The position numbers and the translations under genes are program-made. This document shows, piece after piece, positions 1 to 13,189 of a DNA stretch of 64,000 nucleotides. The first letter of the stretch is position 1. Every line of letters begins with the position of its first letter. The notes below the pieces were generated by a model. That model was not told the DNA's origin and searched no databases. It was given only the letters and a program-made list of their open reading frames with translations. Origin of the DNA: Octopus sinensis (taxonomy: Eukaryota); the NCBI RefSeq assembly GCF_006345805.1, contig NC_043024.1, forward strand, positions 12,090,001 through 12,154,000. Reading direction: 5' to 3'.

Positions 1-6
1 TTACAC

Positions 7-226
7 CAGTGCTTTTCAAACTTTTTTGCTGGAGCAGAACCCCAAGGAAACATTCCACTGGCTCGAGGAACCCCTGTGCAATAATTTAATAGTTTTATGC
101 ACACATATCTGCACAGGAGACTTAAAAATTACTTCCGATTTTAGCAGTTTTGTAACTTCTTGCGGAACCCCTGGACTGTACTGGCGGAACCCTAAGGTTC
201 CGCGGAACCCTGGTTGAAAACCACTG
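7..226. mobile_element. hAT-type MITE
   Basis: TIRs cagtgcttttcaa / ttgaaaaccactg; the 8-bp ttttacac after the element matches ttacac at the window edge (TSD). Confidence 0.8.
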
Positions 227-704
227 TTTTACACTATAATACCTTTCTCTCTCTATCCCCTACTTTCAAATTATCTCCACTGACCACTGACCAGCCTATA
301 TCTCTTTTACTCCCTTTTACTTGTTTCAATCATTTGACTGCGGCCATGCTGGTGCACCGCCTTTAGTCGAGCAAATCGACCCCGGGACTTATTCTTTGTA
401 AGCCCAGTACTTATTCTATCGGTCTCTTTTGACGAACTGCTATTCTTTTTTCTTTTCCTTTTTCCCTTTATTCATATTTTCAGGAATTTTATTCTTTATT
501 GTATTTGTTGTAATTTTTACTAATCTTCTTTCTTCTTTCTCTTTCATTCTTTCTTTCTCTCCTCCTTTCTCTCCTCCTTTCTCACTCTCTCTCTCTCTCT
601 TTCCTTCCTCTCTTCTTGTTTTCAATTTAACCATACTAATAAACTCCCTATTTCTAGGTCAGCAATACTCGACAACCAAAAAAGAGAAAAAAAAAATAAC
701 GAAT

Positions 705-1050
705 CCACCCATGGTTCCGGGTTCAGTCCCACTGCGTTGCACCTTGGGCAAGTGTCTTCTACTATAGCCTCCGGCCGACCAAAGGCTTGTGAGTGGATTT
801 GGTAGACGGAAACTGAAAGAAGCCCGTCGTATATATGTATGTATATGTGTATATGTTTGTCCCCCCCAACATCGCTTGACAACCGATGCTGTTGTGTTTA
901 CGTCCCCGTAACTTAGCAGTTCGGCAAAAGAAACCGATAGAATAAGTACTAGGCTTACAAAGAATAAGGCCTGCGGTCGATTTGCTCGACTGAAAGCGGT
1001 GCTCCAGCATGGCCGCAGTCAAATGACTGAAACACGTAAAGAGTAAAAGA

Positions 1051-1052
<2 letters not shown>
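705..1052 (+). mobile_element. tRNA-derived CORE-like SINE (family A) with internal microsatellite
   Basis: B-box ggttcagtccc, CORE-like accttgggcaagt, tail cagcatggccgcagtcaaatgactgaaac; more than 20 full or partial copies in the window. Confidence 0.85.
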
Positions 1053-1095
<43 letters not shown>

Positions 1096-1198
1096 ATATA
1101 TAATATACATACACACACGCACGCTCGGGCGCGCGCACTCACGTATAATACATATCTTTTCAGATATCATCAGAAAAAGGTAATTAAAATTCATTACA

Positions 1199-2287
1199 AT
1201 GGCAGATCTATCGGACTTTCAAAGAGGTCAAATTGTTGGTGCTCGTATGACAGGCGTTAGCGTAACGAAAACAGCCGAAATGTTTGGTGTATCAAGAAGT
1301 ACTGTCTCGAAAGTAATGACAGCCTTTGAGAAAGAGGGGAAAACCTCCTCGTCGAAACAAAACTTCGGAAGAAAACCAAAACTTTTAGATAAGAACCGTC
1401 GGACTCTAACGTGAACTGTTAGAAAGGATCACAAAAGTACAGCTCCCAAAATTACTGCAGAGCTTAATGATCACCTCGAGAACCCAGATTCCAAAAAAAA
1501 AAAAAAGGGGACCTGTACAAAGCTGGATTTTACGGGAGGGCTGCCATCAGAAAACCACTACTTTTAAAAACCAAGCGTTGCAAAGCTTTTTGAGTGGAGT
1601 AAAAACCTACAGAATTGGTCCCTAAAGCAGTGGAAGAACGTTATTTTCTCGGACGAGTCACCCTTTACCTTATTTCCGACCAGCAGCCGAATATACGTGT
1701 AGAGATAGCCAAAAGAAGCATTTGACCCAGACTGCCTTCTTCCAACTGTTAAACATGGAGAAGGATCTGTGATGATCTGGGAGGGCTATATCTTGGAAAT
1801 CCACCGGCCCAATGGTTTCCCTTCATTGCAGAATTAATAGACAAGACCATTTAAGCATTTTATCTGATCAAATTTATCCTATGGTTGCGGAACTGTTTCT
1901 GGAGGGAAACGCAATCTTTCAGGATGATAATGCACCAATTCACACAGCTAAAGTTGTTACTGAATGATACGAGGAGCATTCTAGTGAAGTTGAACATTTT
2001 ATCTGGCCTCCACAGACCCCAGCTCTCAATATTATTGAACATTTATGGTGCATTTTAGAAAAACAAGTAAGGAGTCGATATCCTCCACCATCATCACTAC
2101 AAGAACTGGAAATTGTTTTAGCTGAAGAATGGACAAAAATTCCTTTGGAAACAATTCAAACTTTGTACGAGTCCATACCTTATAGACTTCAAGCTGTAAT
2201 TACTGCCAAAGGTAGTCCTACCCTATTTTAAAATAAATTTGTTTGAAATTTTAATCTATTTCCATTATTTTATCCAAACCCTCTATG
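1199..2287 (+). mobile_element. Degenerate Tc1-family (DD34E) transposase copy
   Basis: HTH start MADLSDFQRGQIVGAR; across frameshifts and stops it yields VIFSDES, VKHG, FQDDNAPIH and WPPQTPALNIIEHLW; TIR-like right end near 2270-2287. Confidence 0.9.
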
Positions 2288-2371
2288 TATATATTTGTGA
2301 ATATTTATATATACATATATTAGTATATGTACATATTCTCACATATACATAGATATGTTTATGTATATCTG

Positions 2372-2413
<42 letters not shown>

Positions 2414-2537
2414 CATCAGAAATAATTGAGATTCAGTTGAATTAGATACTTAAGTTGAAATACCAAGTCAGTGTTATCCGCACAGCTCGAAGTAAGGTGA
2501 ATAAAATCAAAATAAGCAACAGGATATCGGGTAATGA

Positions 2538-2626
2538 TGCAGTACGACCGTTTCAAGCGACTCCATTTAATTGAACAATGCAATCATTACAACATCAATT
2601 TAAATGAAGTGCCATCTTCAGCTGCA
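2538..2626 (-). ncRNA. Type I hammerhead ribozyme-like motif
   Basis: Helix I ugcag/cugca, CUGAAGA, long helix II, GAAAC-GGUC-GUA; base of helix II imperfect. Confidence 0.6.
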
Positions 2627-2877
2627 CAAATAAATAAATAGAATTTTAACCAGTTGGACACATTAATATAATTTTTCTCAAATAGTTTAACAGAGCAAGG
2701 AGATGGAAGAAATTCATGTTGTTGCTATTGTACCCCCTTCCTCCCCGATACACTTCCCCTTCGCCCTCACACCAACCCTTCCGTTACTCCAACTCCTCAC
2801 TCATTCCTCCTCTCGCTCCTCTCATACATGTATATATATATATATATATACACATATATATATATAGACAAATATAT

Positions 2878-3175
2878 ATGGCCCAGTGGTTAGGGCAGCG
2901 GACTCGCGGTCGGAGGATCGCGGTTTCGATTCCCAGACCGGGCGTTGTGAGTGTTTATTGAGCGAAAGCACCTAAAAGCTCCACGAGTCTCCGGCAGGGG
3001 GTGGTGGCAGTCCCTGCTGTACTCTTTCGCCACAACTTTCTCTCACTCTTTCTTCTGTTGGCCTGCTCGCTTAGCCAGCTGGGTGGCGTCATTTGAAGGT
3101 TAAAACAATGCGAACGCATTGTGACCAGCGATGTGTAACTACATCTGATGGACTGGTCGGTCACGTGATCACGTG
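2878..3175 (+). mobile_element. tRNA-derived SINE family C
   Basis: A-box tggcccagtggtt, B-box ggtttcgattccc; related copies at 5847-6120, 39335-39740 and 43928-44610. Confidence 0.8.
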
Positions 3176-3298
3176 ATATTATATATGTATATATACATAA
3201 TCTTGGGTAATAAAACGAATGGTTTACACCTGGTAGCTTATTGTATATTTTCATTTTCTATACATACAATACATATAAACATACATACATACATACAT

Positions 3299-3339
<41 letters not shown>

Positions 3340-3399
3340 CATACATATATACCTAGTGGTTGTCTAGTCTTTATGCAGAGTTTCACCACCTCCCTGTAC

Positions 3400-3585
3400 C
3401 TACACCTTCAAACTATCATGGCGTCTGATGTGGCTTTTTAAACCAGACAATGTTCTGAAAAGACACCCACATAGATTGCATATCCGGTTTCGACCACCAA
3501 GAGGCTGCAGTTGAGTTCTGATCTTTGTGGATCTTGAAATGTCTTTTGAGGATTCCGTTAGGTTCGCAGACCTTATGATGTCTGA
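3400..3585 (-). mobile_element. RTE-clade LINE 3' fragment with C2H2 zinc finger
   Basis: Translation CNLCGCLFRTLSGLKSHIRRH is typical of RTE ORF2 C-termini. Confidence 0.55.
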
Positions 3586-3607
3586 GTGTGTGAGAGTGTG
3601 TGTGCGC

Positions 3608-3656
<49 letters not shown>

Positions 3657-4019
3657 CATACCTATGAGTCCTACTGAAACTAGTGGTAGCAGCATTTTTA
3701 GAATTCAACAATTTGCTTCTTTTTTTCACTTTTTCTCTTCTTTGCTTACTATTTTTGCTGTTGTTGTTGTCGTTGTTGTTGTTGGTCTTACCAATTTAAG
3801 CCTCTTTGCTTCGTTTGCCCCTTTTTTTTATTCCAATACTCTGGTATTCCTGCTCTGTATACACGACTTTGGTGTACACCGTCTTCAGTTGGTCGCCAGA
3901 ATAAACGAAATGTGTGAAAAGCGCTAGTTTTTTTTTTCTATTGGTGTATGTATGTATGTGTGTATGCTTGTATGCGTTTTTGTGTCTGTATGTGTTTGTG
4001 TACGTCTGTTTGTATGCAA

Positions 4020-4050
<31 letters not shown>

Positions 4051-4267
4051 TGTATGTATGTATGTATGTATGTATGTTTGTTTGTTTGTATGTATGTGTG
4101 TATGTATGTAATATGTGTATATGTTTGTGTGTATGTGTTTCACTGTATTTCAGTATATATATTTATGCCGTTTTCTTTAAATCTCTCCCGTCTCTCACTT
4201 CTCACTCTCTCTCTCTTTCTCTCTCCCTCTTTCTCTCACTTTATCTCCCTCTTTCTATTTCTCTCTT

Positions 4268-4299
<32 letters not shown>

Positions 4300-4871
4300 A
4301 TCTATCTATCTACCTTTCTTCGTTTCTTCCTCTGTTTTTCTCTTTCATTGTGACGTGGCTTTTTTATTTTGTGACGAAACAACTCTTAGTAAACTCGAAA
4401 GCGTCGGACAAAATATTCTCCTTGGTGTAATAATCTAAATTCCTGAATGAAATCTTTATTAAGATCACTACGGATACAAACATAGAAAGGGGATGAATGA
4501 TAATAATAAAAATTTACTTATATAAAAATTTTTTAAATAATTAATTTTAAAACTTTTCACAAGAACTTTTTTTTCCAAAACAAAACCCATAAACAGAAAA
4601 ATAAAGAATATGAAACAGAAAAACGTGACCCCGGCAGCCTATAAGGCCCAGCAGCTCCCTTTTCCTTTCTTATCACATCCTTCCATCTTTTCTCGTATTC
4701 ACTCGGCGGCAGGGTCCTCTTTTTCAACCCCATCTTGCTCTTCAGATGGTATTTGAAGTAAGATAGTAAGAACACGCTGTGGCCATGATGGGGCACCGCT
4801 TTTAGCATGGCCACAGTCAAATGACTGAAACAAGTAAAAGAGAGTAAAAAGAGATACGTATTCTTTTATCA

Positions 4872-4990
4872 CCATCAAGAGTGATACCAGAATGGACATG
4901 GCCAATCTGAAAGAAGCGGCCCAGGATAGAACTGACTGGAGGACACTGATCCAACGAGTGACCGAGAGTTGACTTCGACTGAGCGGAAAG
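4872..4990 (+). mobile_element. RTE/BovB-like LINE 3' end
   Basis: IKSDTRMDMANLKEAAQDRTDWRTLIQRVTES resembles the BovB-type C-terminus. Confidence 0.6.
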
Positions 4991-5340
4991 ATAGATAGAT
5001 AGCAAACCGGGGCCGGGGACGAAGGACCCTGTCACAGAACCTTCCACTCTTGTTCTCCGTTCAGACCAGACCTAGATTAGCTTTTCCTTTTGCCAACTTT
5101 TAATATCGATTGCATAAACATCAATCAGACCCTGAGGTCGATATGATTTACACTTGAAGCCCACTCCGGACTAAAAACTCTATTGAAGTCTCAACCGACC
5201 AGTTGTCACTTTAGATCAGTGGATCCCAAAGTCTTTCTGACTGCCGGCCCTTTGGCATCCCGAGCGTCCCCTCTCCACACACCCTCACCATTCAAATTCA
5301 AAACAGCTGTATTTCTCGAATAAAACTTAACCTAATTATG

Positions 5341-5466
5341 AGTGGCTGCGTGGCACCTTGGGCAAGTGTCTTCTACTATAGCCTTGGGCCGACCAAAGCC
5401 TTGTGAGTGGATTTAGTAGACGGAACTGAAAGAAGCCAGTCGTATATATATATGTGTTATATATAT

Positions 5467-5500
<34 letters not shown>

Positions 5501-5528
5501 TATAATATATATCATGTGTGTGTGTGTG

Positions 5529-5578
<50 letters not shown>

Positions 5579-5790
5579 ATGTGTATGTTTGTGTGTCTGT
5601 GTTTGTCTCCCAACAACATCGCTTGACAACCGATGCTGGTGTGTTTACGTCGCCGTAACTTAGCGGTTAGGCAAAAGAGAGCGATAGGACAAGTACTAGG
5701 CTTACAAAGAATAAGTCCAGGAGTCGATTTGCTCGACTAAAGGTGGTGCTCCAGCATGGCCACACTCAAATGACTGAAAGAAGTAAAACA
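5341..5790 (+). mobile_element. SINE family A
   Basis: Matches the family A consensus; 5' part deleted. Confidence 0.8.
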
Positions 5791-6144
5791 CATACGCCAC
5801 AGAAACCGGGAAATCGGGCCCATGAGCTTGGCTAGGCTTGAAAAGGGCGCAATGGCCCAGTGGCTAGGGCAGCGGACTCGCCGTCACAGGATTTAGGTTT
5901 CGATTCCCTGACCGGGTGTTATGTGTATTTATTGAGCAAAAACGCCTAAAAATTCCGGGGGGGGGGCGAGAGACCCCTGTTGTACTCTTTCGCCACAACT
6001 TTCTCTCACTCTCTCTCTCATGTTTCTTGGGTAACGCTGCGATGGAACACATACGCCACGGAAACCGGGAAACCGGGCCCATGAGCCTGGCATGGCATGA
6101 AAAGGGCAAAAGAAAGATTCCCAGAATATCTTCTTGAAGATTAA

Positions 6145-6739
6145 TCTTTATATATAAAAGTCAAGTTGTGTGTCTATCTCCTACGATTTAGATTCCTAAC
6201 TACTCCCACATTTTTCGGTGCAGTTTAACCAAAACCGGGTATCTTATAGTCGTGATTCATATCGAGCCCTTCTGGGTACTAGCGCGCGTCTACGATGAGT
6301 CTACGATTTTAAAAATAATTTACCATAATTTTTTCCATTTTGGTGCATTTTTTCGCTATTATATAAGGGAAGTAACTCTTTAAAAATGTCTACGATGAGT
6401 CAACGATTTAAAAACAAATTTACCATCATTTTTTCCATTTTAATGCATTTTTTCGCTATTATATAAGTGAAGTAACTCTATAAAAATGTCTACGATGTGT
6501 CAACGATTTAAAAAAAATTACCATCATTTTTTTCCCATTTTAATGCATTTTTTCGCTATTATATAAGGGAAGTAACTCTCTAAAAATGTCTACGATGAGT
6601 CAACGATTTAAAAAAAAATTTACCATAATTTTTTTCCATTTTTAATGCATTTTTTGCTAGTTTTTGGCTATAACTCTCTAAAAATGCTTATATAGTTATT
6701 TCCCTTACAAACCCGAGCAACGCCGGGCGATACTGCTAG
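6145..6739 (+). mobile_element. Non-autonomous Helitron, family 1, with ~115-bp internal tandem repeats
   Basis: A|TC start, subterminal cccgagcaacgccggg hairpin, CTAG|T end. Confidence 0.8.
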
Positions 6740-6788
6740 TAAGAAATAAGAGAAAAAACAAAGAGAGACGAAGGATGTCGCCGACCTT

Positions 6789-6813
6789 TTTATTATTTAT
6801 TTATTTATTTATT
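6789..6813 (-). promoter_or_regulatory. Cluster of AATAAA polyadenylation-signal candidates immediately after the stop codon
   Basis: Several overlapping TTTATT on the + strand within ~35 nt of the stop; could equally be an (AAAT)n microsatellite. Confidence 0.4.
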
Positions 6814-6823
6814 TCTGGTTCGG

Positions 6824-7079
6824 TTAGGTTGTTGGAATATTCCTTTCGGTTATCTCCCGCTTGTCCGCATTCTCTTTTCCGAGGAATTTCAACAATTCGA
6901 AATAGGAAAACACGAAAGCCCGGGTGATCGTCTGACCCTGCATCAACCCGATTGATTCGGCGTGAAGGGTCTGGGTGAAACGCAACCTCTCTTCCAGTTC
7001 TGCCAGGTGGCGGGCTTTGTCGTGGGCCAATTGCATCGCTTCCTGCATTATCTCTTTGGCTTCTTGCTCCATTCGTAAT
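6824..7079 (-). CDS. KIAA2012: Terminal coding exon of the KIAA2012-like gene (LRMEQEAKE...QTITRAFVFSYFELLKFLG...NIPTT*)
   Basis: Acceptor aatttcctttcag|A, in-frame TAA at 6824-6826; RxFVFSYF C-terminal motif. Confidence 0.9.
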
Positions 7080-7235
7080 CTGAAAGGAAATTATGTATAT
7101 ACATATATATAAATATATATATTTATATATATATACAAATTGAGATAGGGGTTGTAATGCAACCCTCCATGGGATAACATATATCCAATATACTGCTTGT
7201 GAAGTACCCCAACAAGTTAATACATAAACAACATT

Positions 7236-7295
<60 letters not shown>

Positions 7296-7413
7296 TATAT
7301 ATATATAAGGTTGTATAATTTTTTACCGAATATGGTCCTTTTCCATACCGAAATACACTAGGTGAAATTTGTTGATTTTATTAAATTAATTATCTTCATC
7401 CATAATATATATA

Positions 7414-7453
<40 letters not shown>

Positions 7454-7483
7454 CACACACACACACACACATATACATACTAC

Positions 7484-7537
<54 letters not shown>

Positions 7538-7857
7538 TGTGTGTGTGTATGTATGTATATATATATATATATATATATATACATACATACATACATAATA
7601 TTATATAGAGAGTAGATCAAAGAGGAAAAGGATCCCATCAACTTTAAACGGAGTCTGGATAGATTCCTTCAAGGAATACCGTATAAGCCACCCATACCTG
7701 GATACAACTCACCCAACAAAACTCACTACTTGAATCGTCCATAAACAAAACTCGACTTAAACAGGATTTAGATAATCCTATCAGGTGGTGCTATTAAGTT
7801 AGACATGGCCTGCACCAATCTTCTGGTCGAAACATATCTAAGTTTATCAAGTTTATA

Positions 7858-7923
<66 letters not shown>

Positions 7924-7992
7924 TATATATATACATGTACATATATATCTATATATGTGTTTGTGTATTTGTGTGTGTGTGGTGTGTTTTAC

Positions 7993-8143
7993 CTTTTCGC
8001 TTCCTCTTCAAGAATTCGTCGCTCTTCCTCTTCTGCCTTCTTCCGTTCGTACTCTTGACGTTCCTGAACCGCCATCGCTGCCAATCTCTCTTGCTCAGCT
8101 TTGCGAAATTCTTCCTCTTCCTGTCGCTGCTGTACCAGCATCT
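7993..8143 (-). CDS. KIAA2012: KIAA2012-like coiled-coil exon (EMLVQQRQEEEEFRKAEQER...EEEAK), phase 1-2
   Basis: Acceptor tttttcccaaacag|AG, donor AAAG|gtaaaa, 151 nt. Confidence 0.85.
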
Positions 8144-8267
8144 CTGTTTGGGAAAAATAACCCCAGTAAATGACCGTACGTGTGCATACAACGCAGATGC
8201 GTCGGTATACACGCACACGCACATACATACATACATACATGCATACAGACAGACAGGCAGATATATA

Positions 8268-8868
8268 GGCGCAGGAGTGGCTGTGTAGTAAGTAGCTAGC
8301 TTACCAACCACATGGTTCCGGGTTCAGTCCCACTGCGTGGCATCTTGGGCAAGTGTCTTCTGCTATAGCCCCGGGCCGACCAATGCCTTGTGAGTGGATT
8401 TTGTAGACGGAAACTAAAAGAAGCCCGTCGTATATATGTATATATATATATATAGGTGCAGGAATGGCTGTGTGGTAAGTAGCTTGCTGACCAACCACAT
8501 GGTTCCGGGTTCAGTCCCACTGCGTGGCATCTTGGGCAAGTATCTTCTGCTATAGCCCCGGGCCGACCAATGCCTTGTGAGTGGATTTGGTAGACGGAAA
8601 CTGAAAGAAGCCCGTAGTATATATGTATATATATGTGTATGTATGTGTATATGTTTCTGTGTCTGTGTCTCCCCAGCATTGCTTGACAACCGATGCTGGT
8701 GTGTTTACGTCCCCGTAACCTAGCGGTTCGGCAAAAGAGACTGATAGAATAAGTACTAGGCTTACAAAGAATAAGTCCCAGGATCGATTTGCTCGACTAA
8801 AGGCGGTGCTCCAGCATGGCCGTAGTCAAATGACTGAAACAAGTAAAAGAGAGTAAAAAGAGATACGT
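8268..8868 (+). mobile_element. SINE family A (duplicated 5' half followed by a full copy)
   Basis: Head plus core occurs twice (8268-8432, 8455-8610). Confidence 0.85.
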
Positions 8869-9434
8869 ATTCTTTTGTCGTCTGCTTGTTTCAGTCTTTT
8901 TACTGCGGCCATGCTGGAACACCATCTTGAAGAAATTGTAGGCGAATTAATCGACCCTAGTACTTTAGTTTTTCACTCGATCTCAGTTCGCCGAACCGCT
9001 AAGTTACGGGGACATAAACACACCAGCACTGCTTATCAAGCGGTAGTGTGGAACAAACGCAGACACAAAAATAAATACACACACACACACACACATATAT
9101 ATGTACATATATACGACGAGATTCTTTCAGTTTCTGTTTACAAAATCCCCTCACAAGGCTTTGGTCGATACTTGTCCAAGGTGCCATGCAGTGGGTCTGA
9201 ATCTCGAACAATGTGGTTAGGAAGCAAGCTTCTTACCACACAGCCACACCTGCATCTAAGTATATATTCACTATTATTAATTTGTTATTAAATCCATTTA
9301 TACCTATCAGAGAATAGTTCTTCATTCTCACTAAAATTTTCTCCTGCATACAAGTTACTGCAGCCAAATACCAGACTGTATTCCAATCGAAATAAAGGAA
9401 TCGGATATTTAAGAACGAGGTACCTTTTGACAAC

Positions 9435-9535
9435 TCACCTGAAGAGGCACATCTACACCGAATGCAGTAAAACTATTCGTACTGAATCTCACCTTCGAGG
9501 TACGAATGCAAGATGGGTCGAAACGATCGTAGTGA
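9435..9535 (+). ncRNA. Type I hammerhead ribozyme motif (Penelope-pLTR type)
   Basis: Helix I tcac/gtga, CUGAAGA core, helix II ggcacatct/agatgggtc, GAAA, palindromic helix III ACGAUCGU, GUA cleavage triplet (after 9531). Confidence 0.75.
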
Positions 9536-9559
9536 TTAATATAGAAACTCTTGAGTTCC

Positions 9560-9607
9560 AGATAGATACATAGCTAGCTAGATAGATAGATAGATAGAGA
9601 GATAGAT

Positions 9608-9644
<37 letters not shown>

Positions 9645-9777
9645 AGATAATGGATGGATGATGGATGGATGGATGATAGATAGATAGTGATAGATAGATA
9701 GATAGATAGATAGTATATAGATAGATAGATATAGATAGATAGATATATAGATGGATGGATGGATGGATGGATGGATG

Positions 9778-9816
<39 letters not shown>

Positions 9817-9854
9817 GGATGGATGGATGGATGGATGGATTGATGGATAGATAT

Positions 9855-9911
<57 letters not shown>

Positions 9912-9928
9912 CGATAGATAGATAGATA
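9560..9928. repeat. (GATA)n/(GGAT)n array
   Basis: Directly visible. Confidence 0.95.
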
Positions 9929-10345
9929 TGTTTCGTTATTAGCTACACAGTGCTGCACAAAGACGGGATAAATTACAATGTAGAGCTTGTCTTTTGGGGA
10001 TAAAAAAAGGGGGTTTGGTTTTCGATCAAAAGGGATCGTAAAAAGAAAGGAGGAAATAAAAAAAGGGGGAGGGGAATAAAATAAAAGGAAAAAGAAAAAA
10101 TCGATCAATAGGGATCGTTATCAAAGAAATGTCAGAATAAAGTGTAAAGGGGAGGACAGGTGAGGTTTACCCGTGGAAAGAAAAGCCTACGGAAAAGACC
10201 ACGGTAACCTCGGTCAATGAAGTCACGTTATATTTTTTACAAAAGATAGATAGATAGATAGATAGAGACACACCGACATGTGTCCGTCTGTCTTGCTAGA
10301 TAATCAACGTACAGGTAAGTACCCGAGTAAATAGTTGTAACGTAC

Positions 10346-10518
10346 CCTGGCGGCGGCGTTCTTCGTCCATTTGCTTCATTTTCAACTGAAGAATCTTCCT
10401 TGCATGTTCTTCCTTCCTCTTCTTTTCTGCCTCTGCCTCTTGAAGCCTCCGCCGCTCCAATTCCTCCTCTTCTGCTTCCTTTCGTCGCCGTTCCTCTTCC
10501 ATCTGTTGTCTATGTAAC
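10346..10518 (-). CDS. KIAA2012: KIAA2012-like coiled-coil exon (LHRQQMEEERRRKE...MDEERRRQ), phase 2-1
   Basis: Acceptor gttcaaag|G, donor CAGG|gtacgt, 173 nt. Confidence 0.85.
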
Positions 10519-10726
10519 CTTTGAACATCAAAGACGGTTAAGAATGAAATGGTTATCATATCGGATGTATTCTTATCATGTTATTGTATTGTGTGCTCAA
10601 CTTCTAATGGAGTAGTAGGGGCGCCGACTGACGTCGCGTACGGCATGTCTTAAAACATTTTGAAATTTGGCGAAGCCCATCTCGCTTTGCATATGGCTTC
10701 AGCAGATTTCTTTGAGGAATAAGGGC

Positions 10727-11600
<874 letters not shown>

Positions 11601-12055
11601 GATAGAAGAATCAATTTATGTAATGGACAGTTACTTCAATTTTATTTCCCCCTTCGAGAGATGGGTGGTAACGAAAGGGCAGCGAGTCGGGCCAAATGCT
11701 TAACGATATCTTCACCGGTCATTACGTTGTGATTTCAAATTCCACCGAGGTCGACTGTAAGGAGGGGGTAGTCAATAACATCGATCCCCCAGTATTCAAC
11801 TGCTACTTATTTTATCGTCCCCGGAAGGATGAATGGCTAAGTCGGCTTCAGTGGAATTTTGAACTCAGAACGTCGAAATGCAGTTAAGCTTTTCATCCCC
11901 GGAGTCTCGTTAAGACAAAGCTCTTTAGGATCAAGGAAGAAACGGTTAAAGGAAAAGCCCTAAAGAATGCGTTGCAAGTTAAGAATAACGGAAGCTAAAA
12001 ATACTTCAAGATCTCCGTCCTTACCTCGCTTCTTCCTCTTGTAATAAACGCTGGA

Positions 12056-12202
12056 CAGACAGACAGAGATAGACAGACAGACAGACAGAGACAGACAGAG
12101 ACAGACAGAGATAGACAGACAGAGATAGACAGACAGACAGACAGTGATAGACAGACAGAGACAGACAGGCAGACAGAGACAGACAGACAGTGATAGACAG
12201 AC

Positions 12203-12235
<33 letters not shown>

Positions 12236-12821
12236 GACAGACAGACAGAGACAGACAGGCAGACAGAGACAGACAGACAGTGATAGACAGACAGAGACAG
12301 ACAGACAGAGACAGACAGAGACAAACAGACAGACAGAGACAGACAGGCAGACAGAGACAGACAGACAGTGATAGACAGACAGAGACAGACAGACAGACAG
12401 AGACAGACAGACAGAGACAGACAGGCAGACAGAGACAGACAGACAGTGATAGACAGACAGAGACAGACAGACAGAGACAGACAGAGACAAACAGACAGAC
12501 AGAGACAGACAGGCAGACAGAGACAGACAGACAGTGATAGACAGACAGAGACAGACAGACAGAGACAGACAGACAGAGACAGACAGACAGAGACAGAGAC
12601 AGACAGAGACAGACAGAGACAGACAGAGATAGACAGACAGAGATAGACAGACAGAGACAGACAGACAGAGATAGACAGACAGAGACAGAGATAGACAGAC
12701 AGACAGACAGAGACAGACAGACAGTGACAGACAGACAGACAGTGACAGACAGACAGACAGACAGAGATAGACAGACAGACAGAGACAGACAGACAGACAG
12801 ACAGAGATATACAGACAGACA
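12056..12821. repeat. Compound (AGAC)n microsatellite array
   Basis: Directly visible. Confidence 0.95.
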
Positions 12822-12855
12822 GAAGCTAAAAATACTTCAAGATGTCCGTCCTTAC

Positions 12856-13070
12856 CTCGCTTCTTCCTCTTGTAATAAACGCTGGACTTCCATTTCTTGG
12901 TGAATCCTCTCCTGGCGTTCGGCCGCTTCCTTTTCGCGCCGAATTTGCTCTTCTCTTTCGCGACGTTTTTTTTCCACCATCTCCCGACGTTTCAGCGCTC
13001 GAGCCCTCCTTTCGGCGGCCCGGGCCTCTTTCAGGGAAATTGTATTCGGCGGAACCTTATCGTCGGTTGG
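12856..13070 (-). CDS. KIAA2012: KIAA2012-like coiled-coil exon ([37 protein letters not shown]...EEEAR), phase 0-2
   Basis: Acceptor accgatcgcag|CCA, donor GCGAG|gtaagg, 215 nt; not in the ORF track because it has no start codon at its 5' end. Confidence 0.85.
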
Positions 13071-13189
13071 CTGCGATCGGTTTAATTAAGAAGATAAGAG
13101 CGGTGGTTTGAGGAATTGAGGGAGAAAAAGATAAGGTAATTGTAAATTCGGCTACAGTTGTGTTTAAAATAGGAGGAGGAGGAAAAGAG

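Noticed and set aside
2878-2945. tRNA-like sequences with A and B boxes (also 5847, 39335, 44540-44610)
   Set aside because: Heads of tRNA-derived SINEs continuing into repeat bodies; no proper acceptor stem, so not tRNA genes
7735-7845. Possible further hammerhead remnant (GAAACATATCTA)
   Set aside because: CUGANGA core not recognisable and helix III broken; too decayed to call
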